NCBI GenBank assembly: GCA_001788955.1
Contig: MFXT01000026.1
Coordinates: 53,877 to 117,876 of the forward strand
DNA length: 64,000 bases
Direction: 5' to 3'
Source of the DNA: Candidatus Peribacteria bacterium RIFCSPHIGHO2_02_FULL_49_16
GTDB lineage: Bacteria; Patescibacteriota; Gracilibacteria; Peribacterales; Peribacteraceae
Shown here: positions 1-10,097 of the stretch, one piece after another
Layout: each line of letters starts with the position of its first letter
Numbering within the stretch: position 1 is the first letter of the stretch
The notes under the pieces: generated by a model
The model's input: the letters and a program-made list of their open reading frames with translations, nothing else
What the model was told of the DNA's origin: nothing
The model's database searches: none
Made by a program: the position numbers and the translations under genes

Positions 1-191
1 CTGCAAATAATTTTCCCGATGAATATATGATAAAAGTTGGTCTTCTGTCACCCACGCATACTGATTCACTTCGTGTTCGTCTACACAAATAGCCGCGTTT
101 TTGTCTGCAAGCGCGAAAAAGAAATGGATCTTTTGACCACACACATTATCTGCACGAAAACGCCGGTACGACTCCGGAAAGTCGTAGGAGT

Positions 192-446
192 ATGCATGCG
201 TACTTTCTCCAAGAACACGCACTGGGGCAATTCCTGCTTCTTCCTGAAGTTCACGCAGTCCTGCTTCTTGTATTGTTTCTCCTTTTTCCACCCCTCCTTG
301 CGGCAACTGCCATGCATCATTTTTCCGAGGTTTATGTAAAAGAAGAATACTGTACAGTTTCTCATCACATCCCGCAGACGAACACACCGATTGTTCCCGA
401 AGCAGAAACACCGAAGCCGCCTGTCTATACACTTCTTCAACCATGA
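192..446 (+). CDS. Hypothetical small membrane protein (uncertain)
   Basis: 84-aa ORF with one hydrophobic stretch (VHAVLLLVLFLLFPPLLAA) and a Pro/Thr-rich tail, convergent on rpmG. No recognisable family. Confidence 0.3.
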   Translation: MHAYFLQEHALGQFLLLPEVHAVLLLVLFLLFPPLLAATAMHHFSEVYVKEEYCTVSHHIPQTNTPIVPEAETPKPPVYTLLQP

Positions 447-455
447 AAAGATAGT

Positions 456-486
456 CTATCACCTATTACCTACAACCTATCACCTA
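456..486. repeat. Degenerate 7-nt tandem repeat (ctatcac-ctattac-ctacaac-ctatcac-cta)
   Basis: Read directly from the sequence; it ends on the rpmG stop codon. Confidence 0.7.
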
Positions 487-678
487 ATTTGAGTGCTTCT
501 CTTCTTTCAGTTTCATTTTTGTTTGCTTACGGCACTCTGAACAATATTTCTCTACGGAAAAATCCTTTGGGGATTTGCCCTTGTTATTCTGTTTATGCAG
601 ACGCACGGTTCCCACTCGCCGCCGACATTCGGCGGATGAGCAGATCATGGCGTAGACGGTGCGCTTTCCTCTGGGCAT
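484..678 (-). CDS. rpmG: 50S ribosomal protein L33 (zinc-binding type, divergent)
   Basis: 64 aa, basic, C-x4-C and KYC-x2-CRK motifs with L33-like spacing. TAAGCT -10 box 6 nt upstream. Confidence 0.75.
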   Translation of the reverse strand: MPRGKRTVYAMICSSAECRRRVGTVRLHKQNNKGKSPKDFSVEKYCSECRKQTKMKLKEEKHSN

Positions 679-697
679 AGGGCCAGCTTAACGCTGG

Positions 698-728
698 AAA
701 TTCCAAATTCCAAGCACCAAATTTCAAA
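698..728. repeat. Degenerate 7-nt tandem repeat (aaattcc-aaattcc-aagcacc-aaatttc-aaa)
   Basis: Read directly; intergenic between rpmG and trxB. Confidence 0.7.
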
Positions 729-766
729 AGTCGCACGTATTCTTGTTTTTTAGAGGAAATTGCAGC

Positions 767-1684
767 TTAATTCTCTTCAAGATAGTGAAAAAGACTGTTT
801 GCGGCAACGGAGCCCTCTCCGGCAGCGGTTGTGAATTGGGCAAAATGATTGGAGCCGGAACTTAAGTCTCCAGCGGCAAATATTCCGGGGATACTCGTGC
901 GCATGCCCTCATCAACCTTCACATGCCCTCGCTCATCAATGTCACACCCAAGTTTCTTTGCCAGAACCGTATCTGCATCGGCGCCAATCTCCATGAAGAC
1001 GCCCTGTACATTGATCATGTCCGATCGCTCAAAATCTTTATCCAAACGAACGCCCGTGACCACCTGATCTCCCAAAACTTCCACGACGTTTCGCTCCAAA
1101 ACGAACACGACATTATCGCGTGCCTTTACGCGATCCACCCAGTACGGCTCTGCGCGAAATTCCTTGCGACGATGAATGAGATACACCTTATTTGCCACCT
1201 GCGCAGCGATTGCCGCACCTTCTACAGCCGCGTCCCCTCCTCCGACGACTGCCACATCTTTTCCTTTGTAGAAGTATGCATCGCATGTTGCGCAGTACGT
1301 TACACCTTTGCCCGAAAAATCCTCTTCCCCTGGAACACCGAGTTTTCTGTTCTTTGTTCCCGTCGCAAGAATCACTGTTTTTGCCTCCGCGGTCTCGCCG
1401 CTCTGCAATGTCACACGAAAGCCCTTATCCATCTTTTCTACAGTCTCCACACGTGCATTTTTATGTTCCACTCCATCAAAACTCAACGCATGCTCCTTAA
1501 ATTTCTCCATCAGATCAGGCCCTGCAATATGAATAATGCCAGGCCAGTCCCCCACCTCCGCAGCCGCCATCCCCGTTCCTCCCTCTTTATCACCAATAAT
1601 CAATGTGGAGAGCTTATATCGCGCCGTATAAATCGCCGCCGTATACCCGGCGCACCCCAAGCCGATAATAATGACATCGTACAT
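767..1684 (-). CDS. trxB: Thioredoxin-disulfide reductase
   Basis: N-terminal GxGxAG FAD motif, CATCD redox motif, VGGGD NADPH motif, IHRR, TSIPGIFAAGD. Confidence 0.92.
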   Translation of the reverse strand: MYDVIIIGLGCAGYTAAIYTARYKLSTLIIGDKEGGTGMAAAEVGDWPGIIHIAGPDLMEKFKEHALSFDGVEHKNARVETVEKMDKGFRVTLQSGETAEAKTVILATGTKNRKLGVPGEEDFSGKGVTYCATCDAYFYKGKDVAVVGGGDAAVEGAAIAAQVANKVYLIHRRKEFRAEPYWVDRVKARDNVVFVLERNVVEVLGDQVVTGVRLDKDFERSDMINVQGVFMEIGADADTVLAKKLGCDIDERGHVKVDEGMRTSIPGIFAAGDLSSGSNHFAQFTTAAGEGSVAANSLFHYLEEN

Positions 1685-1797
1685 GTCGCTCAGCTTACTG
1701 GAGTCTGCTTACAGAAAAAAGATACACCATAATACACGCACAAAAATGATCAAAAAGTCGCGAAGCGGAAGCTTGCTTCCGCTGGAGCGACACTAAG

Positions 1798-3102
1798 TTA
1801 TACCCATCCTCTTTTTCGCATCGTTTCCAACATACGCTGCACGCCAACGGAAAATGCTGCCTGACGATAGGAAATGCGATGACGTTGTGCCTCATGCCGA
1901 ACCGCGGTAAAAGCGGCGAGCATGATGCGTCTAAGATCCTCTTTAACCTGTTCTGTCGTCCATTGCCTGCCAGAACGGCCTTGCGCCCACTCAAAGTAAC
2001 TCACGACCACACCGCCCGCATTCGCCAGAACATCTGGAATGACCATGACGCCGCGCACATCTAAAAGAGCATCCGCTTCTGGAGTCGTGGGACCATTGGC
2101 AAGCTCCAGAACATACTTCGCCTCAATACGCGCCGCGTTTTCTTCCGTAATGACATTATCAAGCGCGGCCGGAATAAGAATATCGCACGGTAATTCCAAA
2201 AGTTCCTCGTTCGTCACGCGCTGTACATGATCCAATTTCATCTTTTCAATATCACATACCGACCCTTTGCAATACTCCCCTGTTACAGAACCCGTATGCT
2301 TCTTGTATTTCTGAATCCGGAATGGATCAATGCCATCGGGCGAATAGATTCCTCCTTGAGAATCCGACACCGCAACGACATTGTATCCCGCACGATGCAA
2401 AAAGAGCGCCATATGAGCGCCGGCATTTCCAAATCCCTGAATCACCACGCGCAATTCTGTGGGATTAAGCGCGCTGAAGTTCACAAGTTCTTCGAGAATG
2501 AAGAATCCCCCGCGCGCCGTAGCCGTATCACGACCTGGAATTCCGCCATACGACAGAGGTTTTCCTGTGATAAATCCGGGCGCATAGACATCTTGCTTCC
2601 GCTCATATTCATCGCGCATCCACGCCATGATATCGGGATTCGTATTCACATCAGGCGCAGCACAATCGCGATATGGACCGAGAATATTGATGAATGCGCG
2701 TACATACGCTCGCGAGAGTTCTTCTAATTCCCGACGAGTGAGCTTTTTCGGGTCGCACTGCACTCCGCCTTTTGCTCCTCCAAAGGGAATATCGGCAAGA
2801 GCCGTCTTGATGCCCATAAGAGCCGCAAGAGCCTTTACTTCTTCCTCATTCGCATCGGGATGGAAACGAATGCCCCCTTTATACGGCCCGCGCGCATTGT
2901 TGAACTGCACACGGAATGCGGGAAAAATAGCTTCCGATCCATCATCTTTTACAAGAGTCAATTCACATCTATGCACATGCTGCGGCTGCGACAGGAAGGC
3001 AATTTCCTCCGAGCATAAACCCAAACGTTCAATCGTCTGATCCAGCGTCGTACGAAACCGGGTGTAGGGGGTGACAGGTAATGTGATTGAAGAAGTATTC
3101 AT
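1798..3102 (-). CDS. gdhA: Glu/Leu/Phe/Val dehydrogenase (glutamate dehydrogenase)
   Basis: RGPYKGGIRFHP, GGAKGG, APDVNT, TGKP, QGFGNAG, ANGP, PDVLANAGGVVVSYFEW. Start set at ATG 3102 because the longer ORF runs into the tRNA. Confidence 0.92.
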   Translation of the reverse strand: MNTSSITLPVTPYTRFRTTLDQTIERLGLCSEEIAFLSQPQHVHRCELTLVKDDGSEAIFPAFRVQFNNARGPYKGGIRFHPDANEEEVKALAALMGIKTALADIPFGGAKGGVQCDPKKLTRRELEELSRAYVRAFINILGPYRDCAAPDVNTNPDIMAWMRDEYERKQDVYAPGFITGKPLSYGGIPGRDTATARGGFFILEELVNFSALNPTELRVVIQGFGNAGAHMALFLHRAGYNVVAVSDSQGGIYSPDGIDPFRIQKYKKHTGSVTGEYCKGSVCDIEKMKLDHVQRVTNEELLELPCDILIPAALDNVITEENAARIEAKYVLELANGPTTPEADALLDVRGVMVIPDVLANAGGVVVSYFEWAQGRSGRQWTTEQVKEDLRRIMLAAFTAVRHEAQRHRISYRQAAFSVGVQRMLETMRKRGWV

Positions 3103-3123
3103 AGGGCAAGTATAGAGGTTGAA

Positions 3124-3209
3124 TGGTGCCGGGGGAGAGACTCGAACTCTCATTCCTTGTGGGAACGCGATTTTGAGTCGCGCGCGTCTACCGGTTCCGC
3201 CACCCCGGC
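3124..3209 (-). tRNA. tRNA-Leu(CAA)
   Basis: Reverse complement GCCGGGGTGGCGGAACCGGTAGACGC...CT-CAA-AA...long variable arm...GTTCGAGTC...GGCACCA. Confidence 0.95.
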
Positions 3210-3265
3210 TAATTCTGATAAATACTAACGTTTTCCGCCTGTAGATAAAAGCAAAAAGCGGTAAA

Positions 3266-4618
3266 ATGGAATCCTCCCTTATGAATCAGTACTCCACTTT
3301 CGTCTTCGAATCCACCGCTTTTGACGAGCGTTCGGGAAAAGTGCATTTGCATTATAGTATAGATGGAAAAATACACTTCGATGAAGTTGTGCAACTTCCG
3401 CGAAAAGGCATGCGGAAAAAGAACATTGATCCAGAGCTCTTCGATCGAGCACTCTTCAACCTGCACCTGATTGGCGGCATCAGTTACTACAAAACCTTCT
3501 GCCCGAAGGAAATCATTATCAAATCAGGAACGCTTTCTAAAAGCCAGGCTCTGTTCTGGAATGAGCTCTATGAAAACGGCCTCGGGGAATTCTTCTACTG
3601 TAATAATATTGATTTTCAGGATCTTATTCATTTTCCATATACAGAAAAGGATGCACCGTCTTACATTCCTTTTGCGCCAGAAAACACAGAAATTATTGTT
3701 CCCATCGGGGGCGGAAAAGATTCTCTCGTGAGCATAGAACTCCTGAAAGCCTCTGGGCATGCGTGCCTCGGACTGCGTATGGGAAAGCATCCGCTGATTA
3801 CTGTGCTTGCGGAGAAAGCAGGAATTCCTCTCCTCGAAATTTCCCGCACACTCGCGCCGGAACTTTTTACGCTTCATGAAAAAGGCGCCTTAAACGGCCA
3901 CGTTCCGATCACCGCTTACGTTTCATTTCTCTCTATTCTCACGGCCCTGCTCTACGGCCACTCCACCGTTGTTATGAGCAACGAGCGCAGCGCAAACGTC
4001 GGTTCTCTCATATACAAAGGAAAAGAGATCAATCATCAATGGAGCAAAGGGTTCTCCTTCGAAAAAGCATTGCAGCAGTACTGCAAAGAATTCATCACGC
4101 CCGATATCCGCTATTTCAGCCTTCTTCGTCCTCTAAGCGAACTCTCGATCGTCAAACAATTCACACGCTACCCGCAGTATTTCCCCTATTTCACAAGCTG
4201 TAATACCAATTGGAAAATTTCAGGAAATTATCAAGAAAAACGGTGGTGCAATATGTGTTCCAAATGCGCATGTATGTTTGCACTCTTTTCCGCATCTATG
4301 AGCAAAGAACATGTTCTCGAAATATTCGGGAAAAATCTCTACGAGCATGAAGAAACTCTTCCCCTCTTTCGTAAACTCCTCGGCAGCGAAGGATGGAAAC
4401 CTTTTGAATGCGTTGCACTTCCACAAGAGATGCAGGCGGCATTTATTCTCGCCAGAGAGCGAAACGATTGGAACGATACATTGGTCATGCAACGGTTCTT
4501 TACAGAAGAACTTCCACATCTCTGTCAAACAAAAGAACTCGTCCAGGATGTTCTCAAGCCCGTCTGTGACCACAGCATACCGAATGAATTCTCCACTATC
4601 CTTTCCTCCATCATATGA
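3266..4618 (+). CDS. murL: UDP-MurNAc-L-Ala-L-Glu epimerase (MurL)
   Basis: SYYKT, PIGGGKDS (PP-loop-like), NGHVPIT, SNERSA, NHQWSK, YFSLLRP, FTSCN, WCxxCSKC and KPFECV motifs. ATGA-coupled to a MurD-type ligase. Confidence 0.83.
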   Translation: MESSLMNQYSTFVFESTAFDERSGKVHLHYSIDGKIHFDEVVQLPRKGMRKKNIDPELFDRALFNLHLIGGISYYKTFCPKEIIIKSGTLSKSQALFWNELYENGLGEFFYCNNIDFQDLIHFPYTEKDAPSYIPFAPENTEIIVPIGGGKDSLVSIELLKASGHACLGLRMGKHPLITVLAEKAGIPLLEISRTLAPELFTLHEKGALNGHVPITAYVSFLSILTALLYGHSTVVMSNERSANVGSLIYKGKEINHQWSKGFSFEKALQQYCKEFITPDIRYFSLLRPLSELSIVKQFTRYPQYFPYFTSCNTNWKISGNYQEKRWCNMCSKCACMFALFSASMSKEHVLEIFGKNLYEHEETLPLFRKLLGSEGWKPFECVALPQEMQAAFILARERNDWNDTLVMQRFFTEELPHLCQTKELVQDVLKPVCDHSIPNEFSTILSSII

Positions 4619-5928
4619 TCTTGAAAGATCTCTATGGAAAGAGGGTATGCATTGTGGGATTTGGTAGAGAAGGACGGAGTGCTCTGAATGCTTTAAAAGA
4701 GAAATGTGAAGTAACTATTGCGGATAAAAATGAAAAATGTGAAACAAATCTGAAATGCCAAACAGGAGAAAATTATCTGAAACACTTGGAGCAATTTGAT
4801 GTAATTGTAAAGTCGCCTGGAGTGCCACCCTGTACCGAATTGGATGCTGTCAAAGATAAGATCACATCGGGAACGGCATTATTTTTAGAAGAAGCACAAC
4901 ATACGAATCATATCGTGATCGCAGTAACAGGATCGAAAGGAAAGAGTACAACCGCCTCACTCATTCATCACATACTGAAAACAGCAGAGAAAAGATCCGT
5001 TCTTCTTGGCAATATCGGCACACCGGCACTGGAACATTTGGATGATTTGAAAAATTCTGAACCAATGTACTTCGTCATGGAGCTTTCCAGTTATCAACTC
5101 ATGAATATCACTTGCAGCCCACACATTGCCGTCATCACCAGCTTCTTCCCGGAGCATCTCGATTATCATGGATCACTGGAAGCCTATAAAGAAGCAAAGA
5201 AGAATATCGCTCGCTTTCAGAAAGACGGGGATGTAATTTTTTACGCAGACACTCCCAAAGAAACTCAAGACATTGCAAAGATGTCACGAGGAAAACACAT
5301 GCCGTATGACAAAAAAGATGTTGTTTCAGTGATAGAAGACTTCGGATGTCAGCTTCTTGGAGAACACAATATTCATAATATCGCCGGTGCATGGAAAGTT
5401 GCTCACCATCTTGAACTTCCAGAGGAAACGACGATACAGGCCATTCAATCTTTCGCGCCACTCCCTCATCGTCTGGAAGAAATTGAAACATATGATGGAA
5501 TTCGATGGATCAATGACAGCATGTCCACAACCCCAGAGTCCACCATCGTCGCAATCGAAGCATTCGATGGAAACATCGATACCCTCATTCTCGGCGGCCA
5601 AGATCGTGGACTGGATTTTACCCACCTCATCGAACACATTGCTTCATCTGCTATTCAAACAGTAATCTGCCTCCCGGGCTCTGGCCACCGTATTGCCAAT
5701 GATCTCAAAAAAGCCAATATCCATACGATCATTGTCGCTTCACTGAAAGAAGCTATCCGGCATGTGCTACAAAAACCCCTACAACCCATAACCCATAACC
5801 TACAACCTATTTGCCTCCTCTCTCCAGCATCACCAAGCTACAATCAATTCAAAAATTTCGAAGAGAAAGGAGCGGCGTTTAAGAAGTATATTACGAAATA
5901 CTCGCCTTCACTCGCATCGTCGAAATAA
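4615..5928 (+). CDS. murD: UDP-MurNAc-L-Ala:glutamate ligase (MurD2-type, predicted to add L-Glu)
   Basis: GFGREG, KSPGV, AVTGSKGKSTT, GNIG, ELSSYQL, EHLDYH, PHRLE, NDS, LSPASPSYNQFKNFE. Adjacent to murL. Confidence 0.9.
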   Translation: MILKDLYGKRVCIVGFGREGRSALNALKEKCEVTIADKNEKCETNLKCQTGENYLKHLEQFDVIVKSPGVPPCTELDAVKDKITSGTALFLEEAQHTNHIVIAVTGSKGKSTTASLIHHILKTAEKRSVLLGNIGTPALEHLDDLKNSEPMYFVMELSSYQLMNITCSPHIAVITSFFPEHLDYHGSLEAYKEAKKNIARFQKDGDVIFYADTPKETQDIAKMSRGKHMPYDKKDVVSVIEDFGCQLLGEHNIHNIAGAWKVAHHLELPEETTIQAIQSFAPLPHRLEEIETYDGIRWINDSMSTTPESTIVAIEAFDGNIDTLILGGQDRGLDFTHLIEHIASSAIQTVICLPGSGHRIANDLKKANIHTIIVASLKEAIRHVLQKPLQPITHNLQPICLLSPASPSYNQFKNFEEKGAAFKKYITKYSPSLASSK

Positions 5929-6508
5929 TCGCGGCACGTTCAGCCTCGTCGAGTTTCATCGTGATGTACTTCACGGTATCTTTGAAATTGGGAATGACAG
6001 TATATTCCAATGCATTCACGCGACGGCGTGTTGTCTCAAGCTCCACAGCCATGTTCTCCACCTGCTTCTCAATCTCCGCAAGTTGCAAAAGCAACTCAAA
6101 CACCTGCTCAAAGGTATCGATGGCATTATCCAAAAGTGCATTCGTTGTAGGCGCCCCATAGGTTCTGATTTTCCCCTCTCGTCGAAGAGTAAAGATGGGA
6201 ATTCGTACACTCATGACGCTTTTTGTCTCGACATGAAGCTCCATCGTTGCATTTGGACTGGAAAGTGCATTTGTCATCGCATTTTCCGGCATCCAGGAAG
6301 AGGCCAGAAGAAACTGACGAAATGCTCTGCCAAGATCTTCTTCCACTTTCTGTCGCAGCTCTTTTGCCCGGCGCACTGTGCTTAAAAAAGCCTGCATAAG
6401 TCCATCCTGTTTATCTTTCAGCAGCTTATGACCTCTCTGCGCCGATTTGGAACGGCGCTTGAGATCCATAAGAGCCATTCGTGTGGGATTAACTGCGAGA
6501 ATTGCCAT
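5891..6508 (-). CDS. atpD: V/A-type ATP synthase subunit D
   Basis: [23 protein letters not shown] motifs; last gene of the operon. Confidence 0.93.
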   Translation of the reverse strand: MAILAVNPTRMALMDLKRRSKSAQRGHKLLKDKQDGLMQAFLSTVRRAKELRQKVEEDLGRAFRQFLLASSWMPENAMTNALSSPNATMELHVETKSVMSVRIPIFTLRREGKIRTYGAPTTNALLDNAIDTFEQVFELLLQLAEIEKQVENMAVELETTRRRVNALEYTVIPNFKDTVKYITMKLDEAERAAIISTMRVKASIS

Positions 6509-7934
6509 GCATGTACTTCTTAATATGTTCGGACTTCACACGCTTGAGCTCGCTCTCCGGAAGCTCTCTCAAAAGACTCCAACCCAAATTCAGTGCATCA
6601 AAGATGGATCGATTTTCCTGATCTCCCTGTCGAATGAATTCATCCTCAAATCGCTTCGCAAATTTCAGATACGCTTTATCCGTATCACCTAAAGACGATT
6701 CTCCCAAAATCACCGCCAGTTCGCGCACTTCGACTCCTCGCGCATATGCGGCCGTCAGCTGATTATCCAAGCCTTTGTGATCCTCACGAGTACTTTTTTC
6801 GTTCTGCACGCCGGGCTTTAAGCGTGATAATGATCCCATCGGAATCACTGGAGGATAAATCCCCTTCTGATTTAAGTCGCGATCAAGACGGATTTGCCCC
6901 TCGGTAATGTATCCGGTCAAGTCCGGAATAGGATGTGTCACATCATCTTCCGGCATCGTGAGAATCGGAATTTGCGTCACACTCCCTTTTCCTCCTTTTA
7001 TTCGACCGGCACGCTCGTAGAGCGTCGCAAGATTTGTGTAGAGATATCCCGGATATCCACGACGGCCTGGAACTTCCTTTCGTGCAGCAGATACTTCACG
7101 CAATGCCTCACAGTAATTCGTCATATCGGTGAGAATCACCGTTACGTGATACTCCTTCTGAAACGCAAGATATTCCGCAATGGTCAAAGCAATACGCGGA
7201 GTCGCAATACGTTCCACAACCGGATGATCCGCTGTATTAAGCAGAAGAACAGCACGCGACAGGGCGCCGCTGCGCTCAAATTCGTTACGGAAATATTCCG
7301 CTTCCTCAAACGTCACACCCATTGCACCAAAAACCACGGCAAATTTCTCCTCGTTTGCTCCCTCCCTCTCGCTTTCCATTTCCTGATCACACATCTTCCC
7401 CTGCTCCACTTCTTCATCCTTGAGCACACGCGCCTGTCGTGCAATCTGCGCTGCAAGCTGGTTATGCGGAAGCCCTGCACCGGAGAAAATAGGCAATTTC
7501 TGACCGCGAACCAATGTATTCATCACATCAATGGTGGCAATACCCGTTTGAATAAAATCGTCCGGGAATGCGCGCGAATAGGGATTGATCGGCGCACCAT
7601 TGATATCGAGTTTCATCTCCGGCACAATTTCCGGCCCATCATCCACAGGCTTTCCTGAACCGGAGAAGACGCGACCAAGAAGATCTTCGGATACTCCAAA
7701 CTGGAACGTGCGACCAAGAAAACGAACTTTTGTTCCTTCGATGGTTGTTCCTTGAGCAGATTCAAACAGCTGCACTACTGCCATCCCTTCTCGTGCCTCC
7801 AGAACATTTCCCAACCGCACACTTCCGTCAGGCAGTTCTATTTCACAGAGTTCATCGTATACAACATTTTCCACGCCTTCGACAATCAGGAGAGGACCTG
7901 CGATATCCGTAACGGTTTTATAAGCGGTAGACAT
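6489..7934 (-). CDS. atpB: V/A-type ATP synthase subunit B
   Basis: [42 protein letters not shown]. Start at MSTAYK. Confidence 0.95.
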   Translation of the reverse strand: MSTAYKTVTDIAGPLLIVEGVENVVYDELCEIELPDGSVRLGNVLEAREGMAVVQLFESAQGTTIEGTKVRFLGRTFQFGVSEDLLGRVFSGSGKPVDDGPEIVPEMKLDINGAPINPYSRAFPDDFIQTGIATIDVMNTLVRGQKLPIFSGAGLPHNQLAAQIARQARVLKDEEVEQGKMCDQEMESEREGANEEKFAVVFGAMGVTFEEAEYFRNEFERSGALSRAVLLLNTADHPVVERIATPRIALTIAEYLAFQKEYHVTVILTDMTNYCEALREVSAARKEVPGRRGYPGYLYTNLATLYERAGRIKGGKGSVTQIPILTMPEDDVTHPIPDLTGYITEGQIRLDRDLNQKGIYPPVIPMGSLSRLKPGVQNEKSTREDHKGLDNQLTAAYARGVEVRELAVILGESSLGDTDKAYLKFAKRFEDEFIRQGDQENRSIFDALNLGWSLLRELPESELKRVKSEHIKKYMHGNSRS

Positions 7935-7944
7935 AGATGAGGGA

Positions 7945-9708
7945 TTAGGAAGTTTTGAGGGCAGTGATTTGGCTAATAATCGTCTTCTCCAGAGCAGAAA
8001 ATGCGTCGTCGATCTCCTCTTCCGGAATGAAGCTGGCTTTTGCAATATCTTCCTTTACAGGTAATTTCTGTAATTTTGAGAAATCAAACTCTTCCTGTTC
8101 CATCAAAGGGAGCGCCGTATCTAAGAAGAGCAGAATGCATTTAAGAAGAAGATATTGTTTTCGCAAAGAGCTTCGCGCATCAATCGGATCAAATCCATTC
8201 TGGAAAAGGAAATCCTCGCGAATCATGCGTGCAACCTCCAATGTCAGCTGTTCCTTTAAAGACAGCGCATCCATTCCCACGAGACGAACAATTTCTTCAA
8301 GTTTGCTTTCTTCTTGCAAGAGTATCTGTGTACGGGTGCGATTACTCGTAAAATCTTCCGCAACTTTGCTTCTGTAATACTCTTCCAGATTATCCAGATA
8401 GAGCGAATAGCTTTGCAGCCAGTTGATCGCAGGGAAATGCCGCTTATAAGCAAGCTTTGCATCGAGCGCCCAGAAGACTTTTGTCACGCGCAATGTATTT
8501 TGCGTTACCGGCTCGGAGAAATCTCCTCCCGGCGGAGAAACCGCTCCAATGACAGAGAGCGATCCGCTGCGGTTATCGGAACCGAGACAATTCACAATGC
8601 CGGCGCGTTCATAGAATCCTGCCGTTCTTGAACCCAAGTAGGCCGGATATCCTTCTTCACCCGGCATTTCCTGCAATCGTCCAGACATTTCTCGCATCGC
8701 CTCTGCCCAACGGGAGGTACTGTCCGCCATGAGCGCAACATCGTATCCCATATCACGGTAATACTCTGCAATCGTAATACCGGTGTACACACTCGCTTCC
8801 CTGGCAGCAACCGGCATGTTACTGGTATTGGCGATCATTACCGTTCGTTTCATTAAAGGCTCACCGGTATTAGGGTCTGTAAGATGTGGAAACTCGACCA
8901 GAACGTCTGTCATCTCATTTCCCCGCTCCCCGCAACCGATATACACAATCACCTGCGCATCAGAATACTTGGCCAAACTTTGCTGTGTCACCGTCTTTCC
9001 GGAACCGAATGGACCCGGAATCGCTCCAGCTCCTCCTTTTGCAACAGGAAATAACGTGTCAAGAATACGCATACCGGTAACAAGAGGTGTATTAGGGAAT
9101 GTTTTCTTCTTCACAGGACGTGGAATACGAATCGGCCATTTCTGCATCAATAAAACTTTCTCTTCTCCATTCTCTGTTTTGATGACAGCAATTGTGTCTT
9201 CTACGGTAAAGGAGCCCGATTTGATAGACAGGATTTTTCCATGCACATGTGGCGGGACCATCACACGATGCTCAATAAGTGTCGTCTCCTGTACAACACC
9301 AAGAATATCCCCGCCTTGTATGATCTCTCCTTCCTTCTTTCGTACTTCAAAATCCCATTTTTTGGAACGATCCAAACCTTTCGTCTCAATGCCGCGCGTG
9401 ATAAACGGACTCTTCGCCTGTTCCTCGATCACCTGTAAAGGTCTTTGAATACCATCGTAAATCGATGTCAGAAGTCCCGGTCCAAGTTCTGCGGACATAG
9501 TGAGCCCCGTACGTTCCACAGGTTCACCAGGGCCAATGCCTCCCGTCTCTTCGTAAACTTGAATGGATGCTTCTTCGCCGTGCATTTCAATCACCTCACC
9601 CACGAGTCGTTCTTTTGAAACACGCACAACTTCGTACATTTTGGCATCGCGCATGCCCTTGGCAACAACAAGTGGACCGGAGACTTTAGTAATAATGGGA
9701 GTAGACAT
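7945..9708 (-). CDS. atpA: V/A-type ATP synthase subunit A (catalytic)
   Basis: Walker [50 protein letters not shown]. Confidence 0.96.
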   Translation of the reverse strand: MSTPIITKVSGPLVVAKGMRDAKMYEVVRVSKERLVGEVIEMHGEEASIQVYEETGGIGPGEPVERTGLTMSAELGPGLLTSIYDGIQRPLQVIEEQAKSPFITRGIETKGLDRSKKWDFEVRKKEGEIIQGGDILGVVQETTLIEHRVMVPPHVHGKILSIKSGSFTVEDTIAVIKTENGEEKVLLMQKWPIRIPRPVKKKTFPNTPLVTGMRILDTLFPVAKGGAGAIPGPFGSGKTVTQQSLAKYSDAQVIVYIGCGERGNEMTDVLVEFPHLTDPNTGEPLMKRTVMIANTSNMPVAAREASVYTGITIAEYYRDMGYDVALMADSTSRWAEAMREMSGRLQEMPGEEGYPAYLGSRTAGFYERAGIVNCLGSDNRSGSLSVIGAVSPPGGDFSEPVTQNTLRVTKVFWALDAKLAYKRHFPAINWLQSYSLYLDNLEEYYRSKVAEDFTSNRTRTQILLQEESKLEEIVRLVGMDALSLKEQLTLEVARMIREDFLFQNGFDPIDARSSLRKQYLLLKCILLFLDTALPLMEQEEFDFSKLQKLPVKEDIAKASFIPEEEIDDAFSALEKTIISQITALKTS

Positions 9709-9740
9709 AGGAGAGAATTGGACGGCTGAATAATGAAGAA

Positions 9741-10097
9741 TTAGGTAAGAATGTCGGAACCGACCGCCCGTTCCACAAGACGTTTGAGACGAGCCAAACC
9801 ATATCCGGATGACCCCTTGTGAGATGGGAGCGGAATAATAGCAGGAAGTGCACCTTTCACGAGATACTTTTCATCATCGGGAGTTATGGATGTCATCAGG
9901 TCTTCAGTCACAAATACCACCGCATACTGATTGCGTTCCACGCCGTCACCCCCTGTTATCATCTCTTTTTTCAAACGAAAAACCTCTTCACGTGCTCTTG
10001 CCGTATCGGATACCGCAACAACCTGCACGCCGAGTAGTGCAAATCCGGACACTGCTTCGGTAGAACCGACGATGGCGATGCCATATCTATGGGACAT
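9741..10097 (-). CDS. atpF: V/A-type ATP synthase subunit F
   Basis: IAIVG...GFALLGV and C-terminal VERAVGSDI motifs; operon position. Confidence 0.88.
   Translation of the reverse strand: MSHRYGIAIVGSTEAVSGFALLGVQVVAVSDTARAREEVFRLKKEMITGGDGVERNQYAVVFVTEDLMTSITPDDEKYLVKGALPAIIPLPSHKGSSGYGLARLKRLVERAVGSDILT

Noticed and set aside
3-191. Open frame upstream of ORF 192-446, interrupted by a single TAG at 90-92 (possible readthrough or pseudogene)
   Set aside because: No recognisable protein on either side, and TAG is a normal stop elsewhere (rpmG, tatD, rpsA). It cannot be judged at the window edge.
3103-3153. Listed N-terminal extension of glutamate dehydrogenase
   Set aside because: It runs through the tRNA-Leu 3' half; ATG 3102 has a -10 box at the spacing seen for other genes.
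7945-9708. Intein in V-ATPase subunit A (a common insertion site)
   Set aside because: The 587-aa length is normal and the Walker A region is uninterrupted.
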